A stretch of DNA of 64,000 nucleotides from the human T2T-CHM13v2.0 reference genome, Homo sapiens (GCF_009914755.1 NC_060944.1), one strand, 5' to 3'. Positions 1-17,399 are shown, counted from the stretch's first letter. Numbers and translations are program-made. Notes: generated by a model not told the origin, from the letters alone.

Positions 1-38
1 GTTTTTAAAATTAATTTGTATTATTACAATACAACATA

Positions 39-374
39 CACTTGGGTTGCATACAATGTTTCAGTCAATGATGAACTGCATAATCAACGGTGGTCTCACA
101 AGAATATAGTACCATATTTTACTGTGTTGAGATATGTTCAGATACACAAATACTCACCATTTTGTTACAATTGCCTACAGCATTCAGTATAGTTACATGC
201 TGTACAGGTTTGTAGCCCAGGAGCAATAGGCTCTACCAGATATAGCCTAGGTGTGTTGTAACCTGAACCATCTGGGTTTGTGTAAGTATAGTCTATGATG
301 TTTCTATAAGGACAAAATCATATAATGACCCATTTCTCAGTAGATATCCTGCTTGTTAAGAGATAAATGACTGT
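39..374 (-). mobile_element. Tigger3a (MER7A-type) non-autonomous TcMar-Tigger DNA transposon
   Basis: Antisense match to the Tigger3 terminal sequence (TGTACAGGTTTGTAGCCCAGGAGCAATAGGCT; ends GTTAAGAGATAAATGACTG followed by TA). Confidence 0.85.
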
Positions 375-2810
375 ATTATAGTTTTCAGTGATGAGGTCTT
401 ACAGATCTTTTATTAGATTATTCTAGGTATTTAATATTTTGGAATGCCACTGTAAATATATATGTATACAGATTAAAATGTTCGTTTTCCCATTGTTACT
501 GCTTGTATATTGGAAATACACTTGAGTTTGGTGTATTTATATTCTGTAACCTTTGTAAATTCAATTAAGTCTAGTAGTTTTTCTTTGCAGATTCTATTGA
601 TTTTTTTTCATTTACACAATTGTGTCTGTAGTAGGGACAGATACACATTGTTTTTCTCAGTGATTATAGTTTCTTTATTTTTTCTTATTTCAACAGCTAA
701 GACCTCTAGTACAGTGTTCAATGGAACTGGTGAGAAAAGACGTCCTTGCTGTGTTCCTGATATGAAGAGGAAAGCAGTCCTTCTCCATTAAGTAAAGTAT
801 AAACCTTAGGTTTTTCATAGATGTCCTTTGTCAGATTTTGAAATTTCTCTGCTATTCTCATTTTGCTGAAAGTTTTAAAAAATTATTTAAATAACGGATT
901 TTGAATTTTGTCAAGTACATTTTATGCATTTATTGAAATAATTATATGGTTATTCTTCTTAATTTCATTTATGTAGTGAGTTATACCAATTGAGTTTTGA
1001 ATGTTGAAACCACCAGAATTCCTGGGTTAAGCTCTATTCAGTTATGATAAATTTTATATATTGCCATATTTGCTGATATTTTGCGATTGTACTATGAAGG
1101 ATATTGGTCTGTAATTTTATTTGTTTGATTTGTCATGTTTTGCTACTATGGTTATGCTGCCCTAAAACAAGTGGAGGAACTGTTCCTTCTTCCTTTTTCT
1201 CCTCTTTAAAAGAATATACATTTGGTATTATTTTCTTTCTCCAACATTGGATAGCATTCACAGTGAAGTTATCTGGATGATATTTAACTCTTGGAAAGTT
1301 TTTGATTACAAATTCAAATTCTTTAAAAGATATCGATCATTTAGATATACTAATTCTTGTGTCACTTTTGTTGGCTGTGTTTTTCAAAGAATGTTTCCAT
1401 TTTATCTGACTCGTTAAGTTTATTGATAAAACATCATTCCTCCTGTTATTCTTTTAATGTCCGTAGAATGTCTGGTAATATTGCCTCTTACGGTCTTCAT
1501 ATTGGTGATTTATATGTTCTCCATTTTTCTTATAAGTCTTAATAGAAGTTTGTAAATTGTATTAATCTTTTCACAGAACCAAACTTTGACCTTTGATTTT
1601 CTCTATTGTTTCTTTGTTTTCTATTTCTTTGACTACCACCCATTTTAAAATCACTTGCTTTATTTAACTTCCTTCAGTTAAACATGTTCTTTTTCTAGCT
1701 AATTAAGTCGAAAGCTCAGTTCGCTGATTTTAAACCTTCCTTTAAGTATATATATACATCTATAAAGATATAAGTTACCTCTAGACATCAATTCAGCAGC
1801 ATCCTAAAATTTTGATATTTTATTATTTGTCTTGTTATTCAGTAGATCTGATTTCAATTTTTCCTTGTCATTTATTCGTTGATATACATTATTTAGAGGC
1901 ATTTTAACAAATTTCAAACCATTTTAAGGTTTTCTAGAAATCATATTATTTTCTTAGGTTATACCATTTTAATTAGAGAACATACTCTGTGCGTTTCAAT
2001 GTTCTGCATTTATAGGGACTTGTTTTTATGGCCCAGCATTGCTTTATCTTGTTGGCTGTTCAATGGGTATTTAAATACTTACGTTGATTGAGAATGTTGA
2101 GCAAATTTTTATAACCTTATAAATTTATTGTTTAGTTGTTCTAGTAATTACTGAGAGAGAAGTGGTAAAACCTCTAACTAATATTGTGGATTTGTCTGTT
2201 TCTCTCATTTCGCTGTGAATTTTTACTTAAATTTTCACAATCTTGTTTTTTTTTTTTTTTGCCTAATATGTAGCACTGTTACATCTTATCAATTAACACT
2301 TAACATAATTATGAAATTTCCCTCATTGTCTTTATTAATACCACTTACATAGAAATTTTTTTCTGATATTAATGTAATTTTCTTATGTTTATTTTTTGCC
2401 CAATATATGTTTATCCACACATTACTTTTAACCCGTATGTCTATAGTTAAAGAATGTTTTTAGTAAATAGCATATAGTTGTATCTTCATTTTTTTTCCTT
2501 GAAACTGACAATCTCTGCCTTTCACATGTTTAGTCTACTAACAGTGTCGTAGTCAATAAGATTGTATTTCAGTCTATTATTTTGTCATTTAAAAAGATGG
2601 TCCCATTTATTCTTTGTTGTTCTCTTCCTTCTTTCCTATCTTCTTTTGGGTTAACTAAATATTTTTGTAGTATTCCATTTAATCTCCTTTTTTTTTTTTA
2701 AAAAAAGCAATTATTTTAACATTTAGTGGTTCTATATATCACAATATTTATCTTTAAATTATCAAACACATCTTCAAATAATAATTTGCCATGTCATGAA
2801 CAATGTGAAT

Positions 2811-3086
<276 letters not shown>

Positions 3087-3790
3087 ACAATGTGAATATT
3101 TTATAACCACATAACTCTATTTATTTCCTACACTACTCTGTCCTCTTAGTGTCATGTATTTTACCTCTGTATGTTATGCACCTGCAATACTTTTATTCGT
3201 GCTTTAAGCAGCTCATAGTGTGGTATAATTTCTCATAATCCTAAACAAGGTCTGTTAGCATTTTTTTTGGCAGCACATATCTGCTGGATGTGAATTATTT
3301 CAGCTTTTGTCTACATAAAAAAGTCTTTATATTTCTTAATTTTGAAGTATATTTTAACAGGATAGTATACTGTAGATTGGGAGGTTTTTTTTCTCTTAGA
3401 CTTTTAAAAATATTGTTTCATTGTTTTGGGCCACCACAGTTCTTATTGTGAAGTAGCTTACATTCTTTTTAGTGCTTCACTGTATGCAATATCTTTTCTT
3501 TCCCCTGTGGATGCTTTTAAGATGTCATCTCTGTCTTTGATATCATCAGTTTGAGTATGTTATTCTTAGTTGCAGTTTTCTTTGTATCTATCCTGTTTGG
3601 GGTTTGCTGAGATTCTTGGATCTCTAGATTGATGTCTTTCATCCCTTTCTAGTAATTTCCAACAATGATTTCAAATATTTTTCTTCATTCTTTATTTCCA
3701 ATTTTGGGGGGCTTCAATCACACTTATATTAAATACTTCATATTGACTCACAGTTGTCATTCTCTAACATTTAAAAAAATTGCTCTTTTT

Positions 3791-4284
3791 GGAATATAAA
3801 TCGTTCTATTACAAAGGCACATGCATATTATGTTCATTGTGGCACCATTCACAATAGCAAAGACATGGAATCAAACGAAATGCCCATCAATGGTATGCTG
3901 GGTAAAGAAAATGTACATATACACCATGGAATACTATGTGGCCATAAGAAAGATCAAGATTATGTCCTTTGCAGGAACATGGAGGGAGCTGGAGTCCATT
4001 TTCCTAAGTGAACTAACACAGGAACAGAAAACCAAAGACTGTAGGTTCTCACTTATAAGTGGGAGTTAAATGGTGAGAACACGTGGATACATAGAGTGGA
4101 ACAACACATACTGGAGCCTATTGAAGGGTGGAGGGTGGGAAGAGGGAGAGGATCCAGAAAAATAACTATTGGTACTCAGCTTAATACCTGGGTGATGAAA
4201 TAATCTATACAACAAACCCCCATGTTACAAGCTTACCTATACTACAAACTTGTACATGTACCCCTGAACTTAAAAATTAAATTT
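3791..4284 (+). mobile_element. 5'-truncated L1PA13-16-type 3' end
   Basis: ORF 3821-4069 is the L1 ORF2 C-terminus (TIAKTWNQ..CPS..YTMEYY..MSFAGTW.ELE); L1PA 3'UTR follows; TSD-like AAAAAATTGCT on both sides. Confidence 0.9.
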
Positions 4285-5280
4285 AAAAAATTGCTTTTAC
4301 TCTCTTTGTGTTGCAGATAGAATAATTTCTAATGTCCTTTCTTCAAGTTTCCAAATCCTTCTGATATCCAGTCTATAAAATTAATAAAATATTTTTTTGT
4401 ATCATGTTATTCAATTATTGAATTTCCAATTGTTATTTAAGGGTTTGAATATTCTGCAAAATTTTTCTACCTATCTACTAGACCTTTAACACATTTTTCA
4501 TAGTGATATTAAAGTCCTTATCTATTAATTCAATGATTAGGTTATCTGTGGATTTACTTCTAATGACTGTTTTCTCTCTTGAAAATGGGTCACCTTTTCC
4601 TCCTTTCTATGTCTCATAATTTTTAATCCTATTCTAGATATTGCCTGTATGAAGACAGTAGATATTGAATAAATATCTACTGGAAAGGTGGTGTGCCTCT
4701 TCTTTTGTCAGGACACAAGTGTTGGCAGCTGAGTAGATCCAATCTGCCTTAGAGCTGGGTCTAGGCTTTCATAAGACTCATCCCGATAGGGAATTAATTC
4801 ATTTAGGCTTGTCTCATTTTTACCTCTCTGGTGGGTCTTTAAAAACTGATTTTGTGGTCCATCTGTCTTGTTCTCATTGTTCATGTGGTATTAACTACCT
4901 CTTGCAACTTTCTGCATTCTTGTGATAACAGATTTCTATTAACTTTGTTGTTATTATGATGTGATGATTTTACCAACTGCAACAACTATTTTAATCCATG
5001 TTAACTCATTAAACTGTAACAGAAATCATAGGCAGGGTGTGTTGCTCTATGAAAATTGAGGGGATGGGGCTATGAAACTTGTGGGCTTGGAAGAGAACTG
5101 TGCTATTTCTTATTGAACAAAATAATGATTAATGGCAGGGACTGTTGGAAACCAGCTGGTTTCCATACCTGCTTTAAAAGCAACACTCAACTTTAAGCAG
5201 CAATAGACTGGATAGAGAAACTGTGGTATATATACATATAGTCTTAAAGAGAATAACGGAGTATGTCCAAGAGGAGACAA

Positions 5281-5421
5281 ACTGGGGGAAGGGAAAAAGG
5301 TAGAAAGGAAGGGGAGAAAGAACGGGAAAGGGAGGAAGAGGAGGAGGAAATAGCAAAAGAGAAAGAGGAGGAGAAAGCGGAGGAGGAGAAGAACTGATGG
5401 AGGGAGGGAGAGAGAAAGAGA
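5281..5421 (+). repeat. GA-rich polypurine low-complexity tract
   Basis: Almost pure A/G run (GAGGAAGAGGAGGAGG...). Confidence 0.9.
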
Positions 5422-5626
5422 ACCTTCATACAATTCAAACCCCTACAGTGGTCATCTCTGAATACCAATCCCTTGGGCTTCTCAATTATGAGTTCTTACA
5501 TTCCCTGTTTTGACCGAGACTGGTTTGAGTTTCGTCCCAGTTTAGCAACTGAAAGGATTTTAACTATAAATTGATTACTTTCTGTTCAGTGGCTGTATCT
5601 TAACCTATTTTTACATCTAGTTAAAG

Positions 5627-5959
5627 TAGAAGTTGGCAAATTGTAACCAATGGGCCAAATCTGGCCCACTCTCTGCTTTTATATAGCCCATGAGCTAAGA
5701 ATAAGAATAGTCATTGCATTTTAGAATGGTTGAAAGATGAAAGAATATGACATTCGTAAGGCATATGAAATTCAAATGTCAGTGTCTTAAATAAAGTTTT
5801 TTTGGAACACAGCCAAGCCATTCATTAATGTATCATCTATAGCTACCTTATTCTCATACACGTGAGGCAGAATTGAGAAGCTGAACTGAGACTGGATGGC
5901 TCACAAAGCCTAAAATATTCACCATCTGCCCCTTTACAGAAAATGTTTGCCAATCCCTG
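5627..5959 (+). mobile_element. MER58B hAT-Charlie MITE
   Basis: GTTGGCAAA...GGGCCAAATCTGGCCC start, AATAAAGTTTT..GGAACACAGCCA core, TTTGCCAATCCCTG end; degenerate 8-bp TSD AGTTAAAG/ACCTAAAG. Confidence 0.85.
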
Positions 5960-6849
5960 ACCTAAAGAACCTACTGCAGAAAGCATTGGCATTACTGGGG
6001 CCGTTAAGAAGATACCCTTTATTTAGGGATGAGAAGGGGTCAGAAAGCCCCATGTTCATTCTAGAATTGCCCCTTAAAGCTCTGACCTCACAGTCTCTGC
6101 CTCCCTCACCTTTCTTTGCCTCTCTCTGTTTGGGCACCAGCATGTTCCAGGCTCTGTGGTTGGGGGCGGGGATGCAGTGGGGAGCAGTCACGAGTGAAAA
6201 TTGCACTTGACTGAAGGTCCAGAGACCATTTACTCACCATGCAATTCCTGGAAACTCACCCAACCCCTCTGACCTCCAGATAGTGAAGTGGGGTACTTAA
6301 TGACACCCTTTTCCTAGGTTAACTGGGAAGATCAAGTGCATAATGATACATGTCTGTTACATAGAAATGGGCAGCAAATGCTTCCTCTCACTAGTATTGT
6401 GAGAAGCAGTGAGATAAACTTTGGGACAGCACTTTGTAAATGATAATGCACAGCTGAAGGGAAGTAAATATAATGTTATAATAATGGCTACATGTTTAGT
6501 TAGGACCTAAATGACTTCAGAGTCACTACATTTTCCCCCCTTTGATTAAATAATTTTATATTGCAAACCTAATCGATGCCCTTGAAAAATTTAGAATAGT
6601 GCAAAAATATAAACAATGAAAAGCAAGACTCCACTGTCCCTCACACATTCTTCCCAAGGGCAGATGAGGTTGTTATTTTTATACACTTCAGAAATGGTCT
6701 CTGCACATATCACTAGTGAATATTTGGGGTGTGTGTATGTATTTGTGTGTATGTGCCTATACCACCATCTCTTTTTCATATCAATGACCATAACATAACC
6801 TGATCTATACTTGACTGCATTTACTTAAAAAAATTATTACATTCACCAG

Positions 6850-7200
6850 GGATATGTTCAAGAATGTCTAAAGCAGTACTATTTGAAATAGCTAAAAACT
6901 GGAGAGGACCTAAATATCTGTCAACATGAGGATGAGTCAGCAAATTGTATATTTATACAATAGAATGTTATCCATTGATGAGAATGAATGAAGTACAAAT
7001 GTAAATGGCCCCAGGACTTAGCTATGAGGTCACAAGTTAGGACAGTGGTCATCCTGTGTAAGAGAGACCCTGGATGGGTGCCTACAATGTCCTACTCCCT
7101 GTAGCTGTTGGCTGCCCAATGTGTAGACTTTGTGAAAATTCATCATCACATATGGTTTGTGCACATTTCTGTAAGCATGATTTTCTTCAATAAAATTCAT
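6850..7200 (+). mobile_element. L1ME-type 3' end fragment
   Basis: ATGTTCAAGAATG..AGCAGTACTATTTGAAATAGCTAAAAACTGG resembles an old L1 3' end. Confidence 0.55.
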
Positions 7201-9001
7201 GCTAGAAATTTAAAAAAACATATCTTGGAAGTCAATTTCAGAACATATGGGTTTGCCGCCTTCTCTTTCATAGCTGTAGACACCTTTATTGTATGGACAA
7301 ATGGCATTTTCCCTCAGACTCCCACCCTCTCATGCACACTTGTTTCTGGCTATTTGCTGTTGAATGCATTTTCCAAGATATTTTCTAATCACCCTTCTAA
7401 ACAGAAGCAGGTTGTTATGAGCACAGACAGATGATACCTTGGTGCATGGGACCAATTCTGCCCTGCAGATGCCAAGAGGGAGCTCAGCCTGTTCCAGGCC
7501 ACCACACAGGTGTGTGGAGCCCTGACCCTTTGTGAACCAACAATGGCATCGTGTGGGCAGACATGCTGCCTGCATGGACGCATTGCTGCTAATGGGTATT
7601 CCCAAGGCATGGGTTGTTATTTGCATTTTCTCATTGTCACGAGCACCCAATGTTCTGAATATTAATGAAACAATTTCCAGCCTCCTTTGCAGGCTTAAAA
7701 TATTCAGCATCAGACATACTGCTTTGTTCCCATTTCAGCCAAGTTTAATTTCTCTTAACCAGCTTTGTTGTTGTAAAGTAAAATTAATGTATGATTTCAG
7801 TGTTTAAATCTCAATTCTCGGCAATTCACGACAGATTGCAAGTGAATGTGATTTGTTCGTTAACACCTAATGGGTTGAAATAATTTATTGCACAAACATT
7901 TCCAGGAAAACGAAGCCACTTGAGCAAGAGCAAAGCAGGAAATGTTACTTGTTTATCTAATAAACTACCCTAGGGTGAGCGAGTACATTAGCATTGCACA
8001 AACTTTGTGACTTATTTATCATCACTATTTATTATTAAAACTTTATCTGCTTCAACTTAGTGAATGGCTGCCTTGGGATATACCGCTTGCAGCAACAACA
8101 ACAAAATAAAGTTTATGCAATTTGCATAATATTGTACAAAGAATATTAGCTTAGAACAATATGAATCCCTGGATCATTTGCACAGCCCTTTGGTGTTTAA
8201 TGTTGGTAAATATTTAAATAACAGCAAGCCTGTATAATTATAAAGATTTCTCTTTCTAATCTGCCCTGGATGTACAGCTGTTGTAAATCACCACATTCAT
8301 GTGATTTGACTGGGAGAATGTTAGGGATGACGAAAAAGCACTTGTTGCTTATGCTGGCAAAGATTATGGAGACAGAAGCACCTGCAGGAGAAGTCTGAGA
8401 CAAGATGCTGAGGTCTTGCTGTATTTCCTTTTTGATGGTTTACGACAGCGTTGGTGTTTCACATGAACTGGGTCCTGCATACAGTAAGCATGCAGGAGAT
8501 GGGTCTCTACAGTTCCAGCTCCTCTTTCATGAATGGAATATTTGCCTATTAAGAAAAAATATGATTCATACCCCTGGGCTTTTGCACATGCTATTTTCTC
8601 TCTGGGTCATTCTCCCTATGTGTCACCTGCTCACCTCCTAGTTGTGGCTCACTCATCCTTTTGGTTTCAGCGTAAACCTCTGCATTCTTTGTGATGCCCA
8701 CTTGCCCCTGCTGGGTCTAGCTTGGTCTCCCTATTAAGCACCTTCTTGATGCTTTGCATTGCTCTCTCATAGCTGAGTCGCTCAAATGTCTTTTTTCTCC
8801 ACTGGACTCTGAGCCCCATGAAGCGGGGGGATGTGTCTATGTTGGCCAGTGTGCAAATGGTAAATCCTGATTTACAGTTTTGTTGAATTAAAAAAATGAA
8901 TAACTGAATGCCTATAGTAATCCATTTAAAGAAGTGTCTGCATAAGCCATCATCACAGGCTATGTTAACCTTTCATATTAGACACATTAAAAATGAATGC
9001 T

Positions 9002-11700
<2,699 letters not shown>

Positions 11701-12008
11701 AAAAAAATAAGCTCACCAGAACGTGCAACAGAGGTAGCTTCTTTTGACTTTCACTAATTTTTTAGGTCCTTGAGACTGTTCTGTTTTGAATACTCAAGAT
11801 GAGATTTAATTATTTTCAGTGCTCAGAAATTTTCTTCTATAATTTTATTGATCCTTGCCACAACTCCATTTATTCTGTTTCTCATTTTGTAATTCCCTTG
11901 GGTAAATGAGGTATCCTGGGCTGGTTCTATATTTCTCTTTTCCTTTTTTCTCCAAATTCATCATTCAATCATAATAGAATTAATTGAATTAAATGAAGTT
12001 GATCCAAA

Positions 12009-12073
12009 GCAACTTATATCCCACATCTTATATGCCAACTTATATGCAACTTATATGCAACTTATATGCCAAC
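12009..12073. repeat. Short tandem repeat, 11-12 bp unit GC(C)AACTTATAT, about 5 copies
   Basis: gcaacttatat repeated. Confidence 0.85.
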
Positions 12074-12669
12074 ATCTAGATTTCACATCAGCCAGATATC
12101 ACGACAATGGAAAGCTTGAAATATGAAAGAAAAAATACAAAGATCCTTCTTATTTTGTAGGAAAGTGAAGTTTACGGAAAAAAACTAACAATCACCTTTT
12201 ATTCTGTAGAGAAGCAGTGAGAGCTGAGAGCTTCAGACACATTGGAAATAATATGAAGTATTTGAATCAATTATATGACGGCAACAAAGAATAATTCTAT
12301 TTTTGTGGGTCAACCACTAATTGCAGTATAATGTTCTCAGCACTTTCATCTGTCATTGCTGGGAAATATTAATGGGACTCTTAAGACCAAGGCTTCAGCA
12401 CAACTATTGGGTAATTAGGGCACGAATCCCCATGCATACTTAATTGTATGATATAGGACCAGGCTAACTTTAGAGTGGGGGTGGTTTCAGAATGACAATA
12501 CAGAGAAACACCTCCTTGGTTTCTATAACTCTAAGACATCAGATTAAATTGAGTATGTTGAAAAGAATTGCACTGAAATATCCCAGACTGTGTTTCTGTT
12601 CTAATTAGCTTATTTACAAAGTTTAGTTCATCTATTTTTCCAAAAAGACGTTTCTCTGGACTGCCCGAC

Positions 12670-13155
12670 AATTCTGTTAGTCTTCTAGTTACTGAAATCC
12701 AGCTCAAAACATAGGTTCATTTCCCTTTTAAAAGGGAATTTATTGTCTCATATAATGGAAAAGCCAGAAGCCAGCATCCCAGGCATGGTGGATCCAGGTG
12801 CATAAATGGCGTCCTCAGGAATCAGTTCCTGTTCTCGTGTCTTTCCACCTGGTGATGAAGGTGGTCACCAGGAGTTTCTGGCCACATCTTACCAGTTTAG
12901 CAACCCTGCTATAAAGAGCACTAAGGCTCTCGTTAGCCTAGCTGTGGTCACATTTGCAGCCCTAAGCACATCACTTGGCCAGGGGGATGCTGTCCATTGG
13001 CCAAGCTTGGGTCCCAGGCCCACCTCTGAAACCACAATATGGGTTCAACCTCCCATACGCCAAATGGCAGAGGGTAGTTCTTTGGTGGAAACTTTGTCTC
13101 CACAACCTAGAAAAGGGAGAATGAACATTGGGCAGGCAGAAATCACAACAGACAT
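12670..13155 (-). mobile_element. Old MaLR LTR (MLT1J/K-like)
   Basis: AAAGGGAATTTATTG..CAT, CAGGCATGGTGGATCCAGG and GAACATTGGGCAGGCAGAAA motifs. Confidence 0.6.
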
Positions 13156-15739
13156 CTTTTGTGGAATTTTAAATAACTTCTGGAATATTAGTCACTGCTC
13201 TGTCTAGCCTGACTGTTTCCAGGCTTGCTAAAGGAACAATAGCAAGGCTGACTTGAAATGCTGGCAGAAGCTTTGCTGTTCTGTATTTGAGGGTAAAAGA
13301 AGGAGCAGTTTGAGGAGAATGTGAATGTTGAGCTGTCCATCTGTCTTTCTCTCTAAGGATGCAAAAGCAAGAATGGTCAGATATACATTTACTGATGGAT
13401 CGTTGACTTTTTAAAATTCCTATGAAAAAGCAACCTGTAATCCTTTGAGATTTTAGAAGTGATAAAATGAATCCCCTCTAGTCAACTACCCTAATGGGAA
13501 ATACAACAGACACTTATTTATTCTAGCTTTACATTAACAAAGGTTATGTGATAGAATAGCTTTCAAGAATGCTGTTTCTAGAACTTTCTGTTTGGTCAAA
13601 GAATGAATATTATACAGTCACAAACACATGGCCAGCCACCTGAGGAAAGGCAGCATCTAAATGACACTATGAGATAGGAAGTTCAAATAGTCAAGTGTTT
13701 ATTAAGGTGGGTATTCTGAAGTCTCATCAAACTTTAGCCCACATATATTGAGCAATGACTGTATACTGTATGATTTACTGTGCCTTGGGCATGCAGATAT
13801 ATTAATGACATGACCTCTGGTGTCTAACAGGGATGATCTGCTTATAACAGGTTCTACATCAGATTAATTCAAAGAAAATGGAGAAGAGGACTTATAGTGA
13901 AATGTCAGGAATTTTATGTTTTTCAATAAATGGAGCTTCATTCCTAGACCTACTGATGGAATGAATAGAGTAAAATTCAATTTTAGGATTTTTGTTCCAA
14001 AAGTCCTTACAGCTAAGGGGCGTAGATGTTAATCTCTGAAATGGGTGAGTTTGTTTTGTCTTAAATTGTGTACTGCCAGGATATATGATGTCAGACAAAA
14101 TAGATTCAGGCATTGATTTCCGGGTGAGTTTAATTGATTGCTATTTCTTTCTGCTTGACTAGAGATTGAGGTTTGCTGATGTTTCTGCATGTCTAATATA
14201 ATTTCCATTTGGTATTTGGCTTGCTTATGTAAAGGAATACATATTCAATTGAGTTGAGAAAGACCAGACCATGGTTGTTCAAAACCCTGGGGATGTGGCT
14301 TATGCTTGTTAGCACTTAGTCTTCTCTGGTTTCTACACACAGTTTCATTGTGACACCAAGCTCCCTGTCAACTTTCACCACAAAATAAGTACAAAAATAT
14401 TTACATGGGTGTAAAGACTGATGGTTGCCTTAACATCTATGGCCAGTGGAGGGAAATAACTCATTAGAAGGATTAGAAGACCTGGGCCAATTTAAAATTA
14501 TGTATAAATGCCAGATTCTAATGAGCATTTCAGCCACAGTGGGTGACAGTAAATTAATGTAAGCAAGGTTTGTCTTCTTTTCTTTACTTTCTCAAATCTC
14601 AGTGGGAGACATGTAGAGTTGGGGCCTGTTGCTACCATCTCAAGTACAAACATTTCTTTATGTCTGTAGTGAAAGTGGGGATCTGTTGTTGGGTCATTTC
14701 AGCCCATCTCAACAAATGCAGGTATCGAAGTGTGTGTTTGCAGGATGAAGACAAGCTGCATTCCAGGAAGAAAGTTTTCAGGCAAATAGTTTCAGGACCA
14801 ATCATCAGTTATATCAGGACAAACAGGACTTCTTCATGATCGAGGGAGCCCAGGCTATTGTCAATTCCTGAAGCTTCCAATACATTGAAAAATGAAGGAA
14901 TCTTGAAACAGGTTATAAAAATTGGATATATTTATATTCTTTTCATTGAAGAAATTTATGCTTTTTACACAGTCAAGTGCAGTGACTAAATGCGTGATCT
15001 TACTTGAGGATATGTCTAGCAATTACTCCCTGGACATTTGGGAATATAAGGCCAATACCATGAAAGACAGAGGGCAGAGGAAGAAGGAAGCTGGATTTTA
15101 GGCTATGTCACTGAACCACTGAATGACTCCTCACCTGAAATCCTCAGGTAAATGTCCTACTGCTATACTCTTCGTAGTTGAGCCAGTAAATTATTTTCTA
15201 AGTCAGGATGAGTTAGGTGCTGGTTCCTTGCAGCTGAAATCATCCTAGCTGATGTGGACCTGCTTCTGCCCAGTGCCTCCACCCTTTAACCACTCTTAGC
15301 ACTCACACAATGCTGAGGCTGTCTTCATTTAATTGAAAGGTTAATTATAGGTGGAGGTCTGTTGTAGAATATGTGGTTATTTTGGTCTCTGCAACAGTAA
15401 ACAGGTTTGACAGTGCTCTGACTGACTTGACTGGATGGATGGATTGTTGATATGACATAATTCTAGCTATTAGCTGTCAATCCTTTCATCCTGAAAGATG
15501 CTGTTTTCTCATTTCTTTACACTGGTTTGACAATTTATACAGCTTGAAATGCTTTCCTATGCATTATCTCATCTGATCATAAATCCACACTTGGGGTTAT
15601 AGAATAGACATTTTCTACTTTTTCAGTGGAGGAAGCTGAGACAGCAGCCGCCCCAGGCCAACATAAACATAGAATCCAGGGCTCCCCATGAAATGTGTGT
15701 GACCTCCCTGGCTCCACATGGATGGGCCAGTCTAATCAG

Positions 15740-16200
15740 TGTCTGCATTGTTGGTCTGCATTAGGCTATAAGCGACTGAATACAGTGACTCAGACCAATC
15801 CAAGCAGCAAGGATATCCATGGTGCTATGTAACAAGAAATTCGGAGTCAGAATGCGGTCTAGGCATGGATGTCAGGCTCTGGAGACTTTATCTGCATTTT
15901 TCTGGTCTCCCATTGCCTTTGAGGGATTGGCGTTATCCTCCAGAGATGGCAAGGTGGCCACAGCTGATCCAGGCATTATCTGACTCAACAACATCCAGGA
16001 GCAGGACCTTCTCTTCTCCTGTTCTTTATTGGAGCCTGGAAACCTTTTCCATAAGGACATGCAGCAGACATTTCCATTTTATCTGCACTGGGTCCATGCC
16101 CACTCCCCCATCAGTCATTGAAGGGGAAAGGGAGCCTATAATCCTCTTAGAATAACCTGCTGATGAGAATCAGTTGTTGGATAGTGAACCACAGTAACCC
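15740..16200 (-). mobile_element. Old MaLR LTR fragment (MLT1-like)
   Basis: MLT1-like motifs (CTCCAGAGATGGCAAGGTGGCC, GCACTGGGTCCATGCCCACTCC). Confidence 0.45.
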
Positions 16201-16259
16201 CCACAGCATGCATCTAAAATGCGCTGACCTAGAGTATGCAGCAGGTGAAGAAAGTTGGC

Positions 16260-17140
16260 CTGGACATGGTGGATGGCTGCTGTCACAGCCCCTCATTTGT
16301 TCATGCCTCTCTGTGTCCTGGTATTTGCGTCAGTGTGGTCCACTCTCACGCTGACTCAGGACCTGGCCAGAGGACTTGTTTAGGTCAATGAGAAAAAAAT
16401 CAAATATTACACAAAGGGCTTGTCTTCTATTTGCTCTTGGGAACTGTTACGGACTGATTGCATCCCACTAAAATTCATAGGTTGAAGCCCTAACTCCCAA
16501 TGTGACTGTATTTGAATGTAAAGCCTTTAAGGAAGTAATTAAAGTTAAATGTGGCCAGAAGGGTAGGGCCCTACTCTGATAGGACTGTGTTCTTATAAGA
16601 GGAGGGAGAGATACCAGAGACTACTTCCTCTCCACAGGCTCACAGAGGAAAGGTCACATGAGGACAGAGCAAGAAGGCACCCGTCCACAAGCCAGGAAGA
16701 GAGGCCTCACTGGAAACCAGTCCTGCTGGCATCTTGATCTTAAATTTCCAGCCTTCAGAACTGTGAGAAAGTGAAGTCATATTGTTTAAGGCCCCCCATA
16801 GTCGGTGGTATTCTGTTATGGCAGTTCTAGCAAACTCATACAAGAACTTTACAACCACCATCCCAAGAACAAGCCTGGGCAGGCCTGCTGGGTGATAAAA
16901 GATGGGACACCTAGGTACCTTCATGGCCTCAGCCTGCAGCCAGCCAGCCTGTAGGCAGGCACGTTAGTTCAATGACCACCAGCTGACCACAGATGAGTGA
17001 GTCTAGTGAGACCAGTAGAAGAGCTACCTACTTGAGCCCAGCCCAGGTTTCAGACACACATAATTAAAAGCCAAATAAATGCTTGTTTTAAGTCACTGAG
17101 TTGTGGGGAGGTTTGTTATTCAGCTATACGTAATCGACAC
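16260..17140 (+). mobile_element. MLT1G/H-like MaLR LTR, split by an MLT1A-type LTR
   Basis: 3' end AATAAATGCTTGTTTTAAGTCACTGAGTTGTGGGGAGGTTTGTTAT. Confidence 0.6.
16445..16842 (+). mobile_element. MLT1A/B-type MaLR solo LTR
   Basis: TG...CA termini, AAAATTCATAGGTTGAAGCCCTAACTCCCAATGTGACTGTATTTG, TTCCAGCCTTCAGAACTGTGAGAAA; 5-bp TSD GGAAC/AGAAC. Confidence 0.85.
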
Positions 17141-17399
17141 ATGTAGGATATAGAGGTTTTCAGCCACATACTCCATTGAAACAACTTGAGTTGCACATCC
17201 TTCTGTTGGTCTGATTGGGAATGCAATTTATTGACACTGTTGGTCAAAGCCATATCTACAGGGATCAGGTAGTCAGGCAAATGAGCAAGACAAGCTGCAT
17301 AGAAAAATAATCATCAGGCCCTTTTAGTTTGAGTTTTGTTGTACATATTTGGATAAATGTACAGATACAGAAATAGCCACAGACCATAGGAAAGCAACT

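Noticed and set aside
5110-5468. Hydrophobic or Ser-rich ORFs resembling membrane proteins
   Set aside because: They are translations of the antisense GA-rich low-complexity tract
12806-13207. 133-aa ATG-initiated ORF
   Set aside because: Lies within an old MLT1-like LTR and has no recognisable homology
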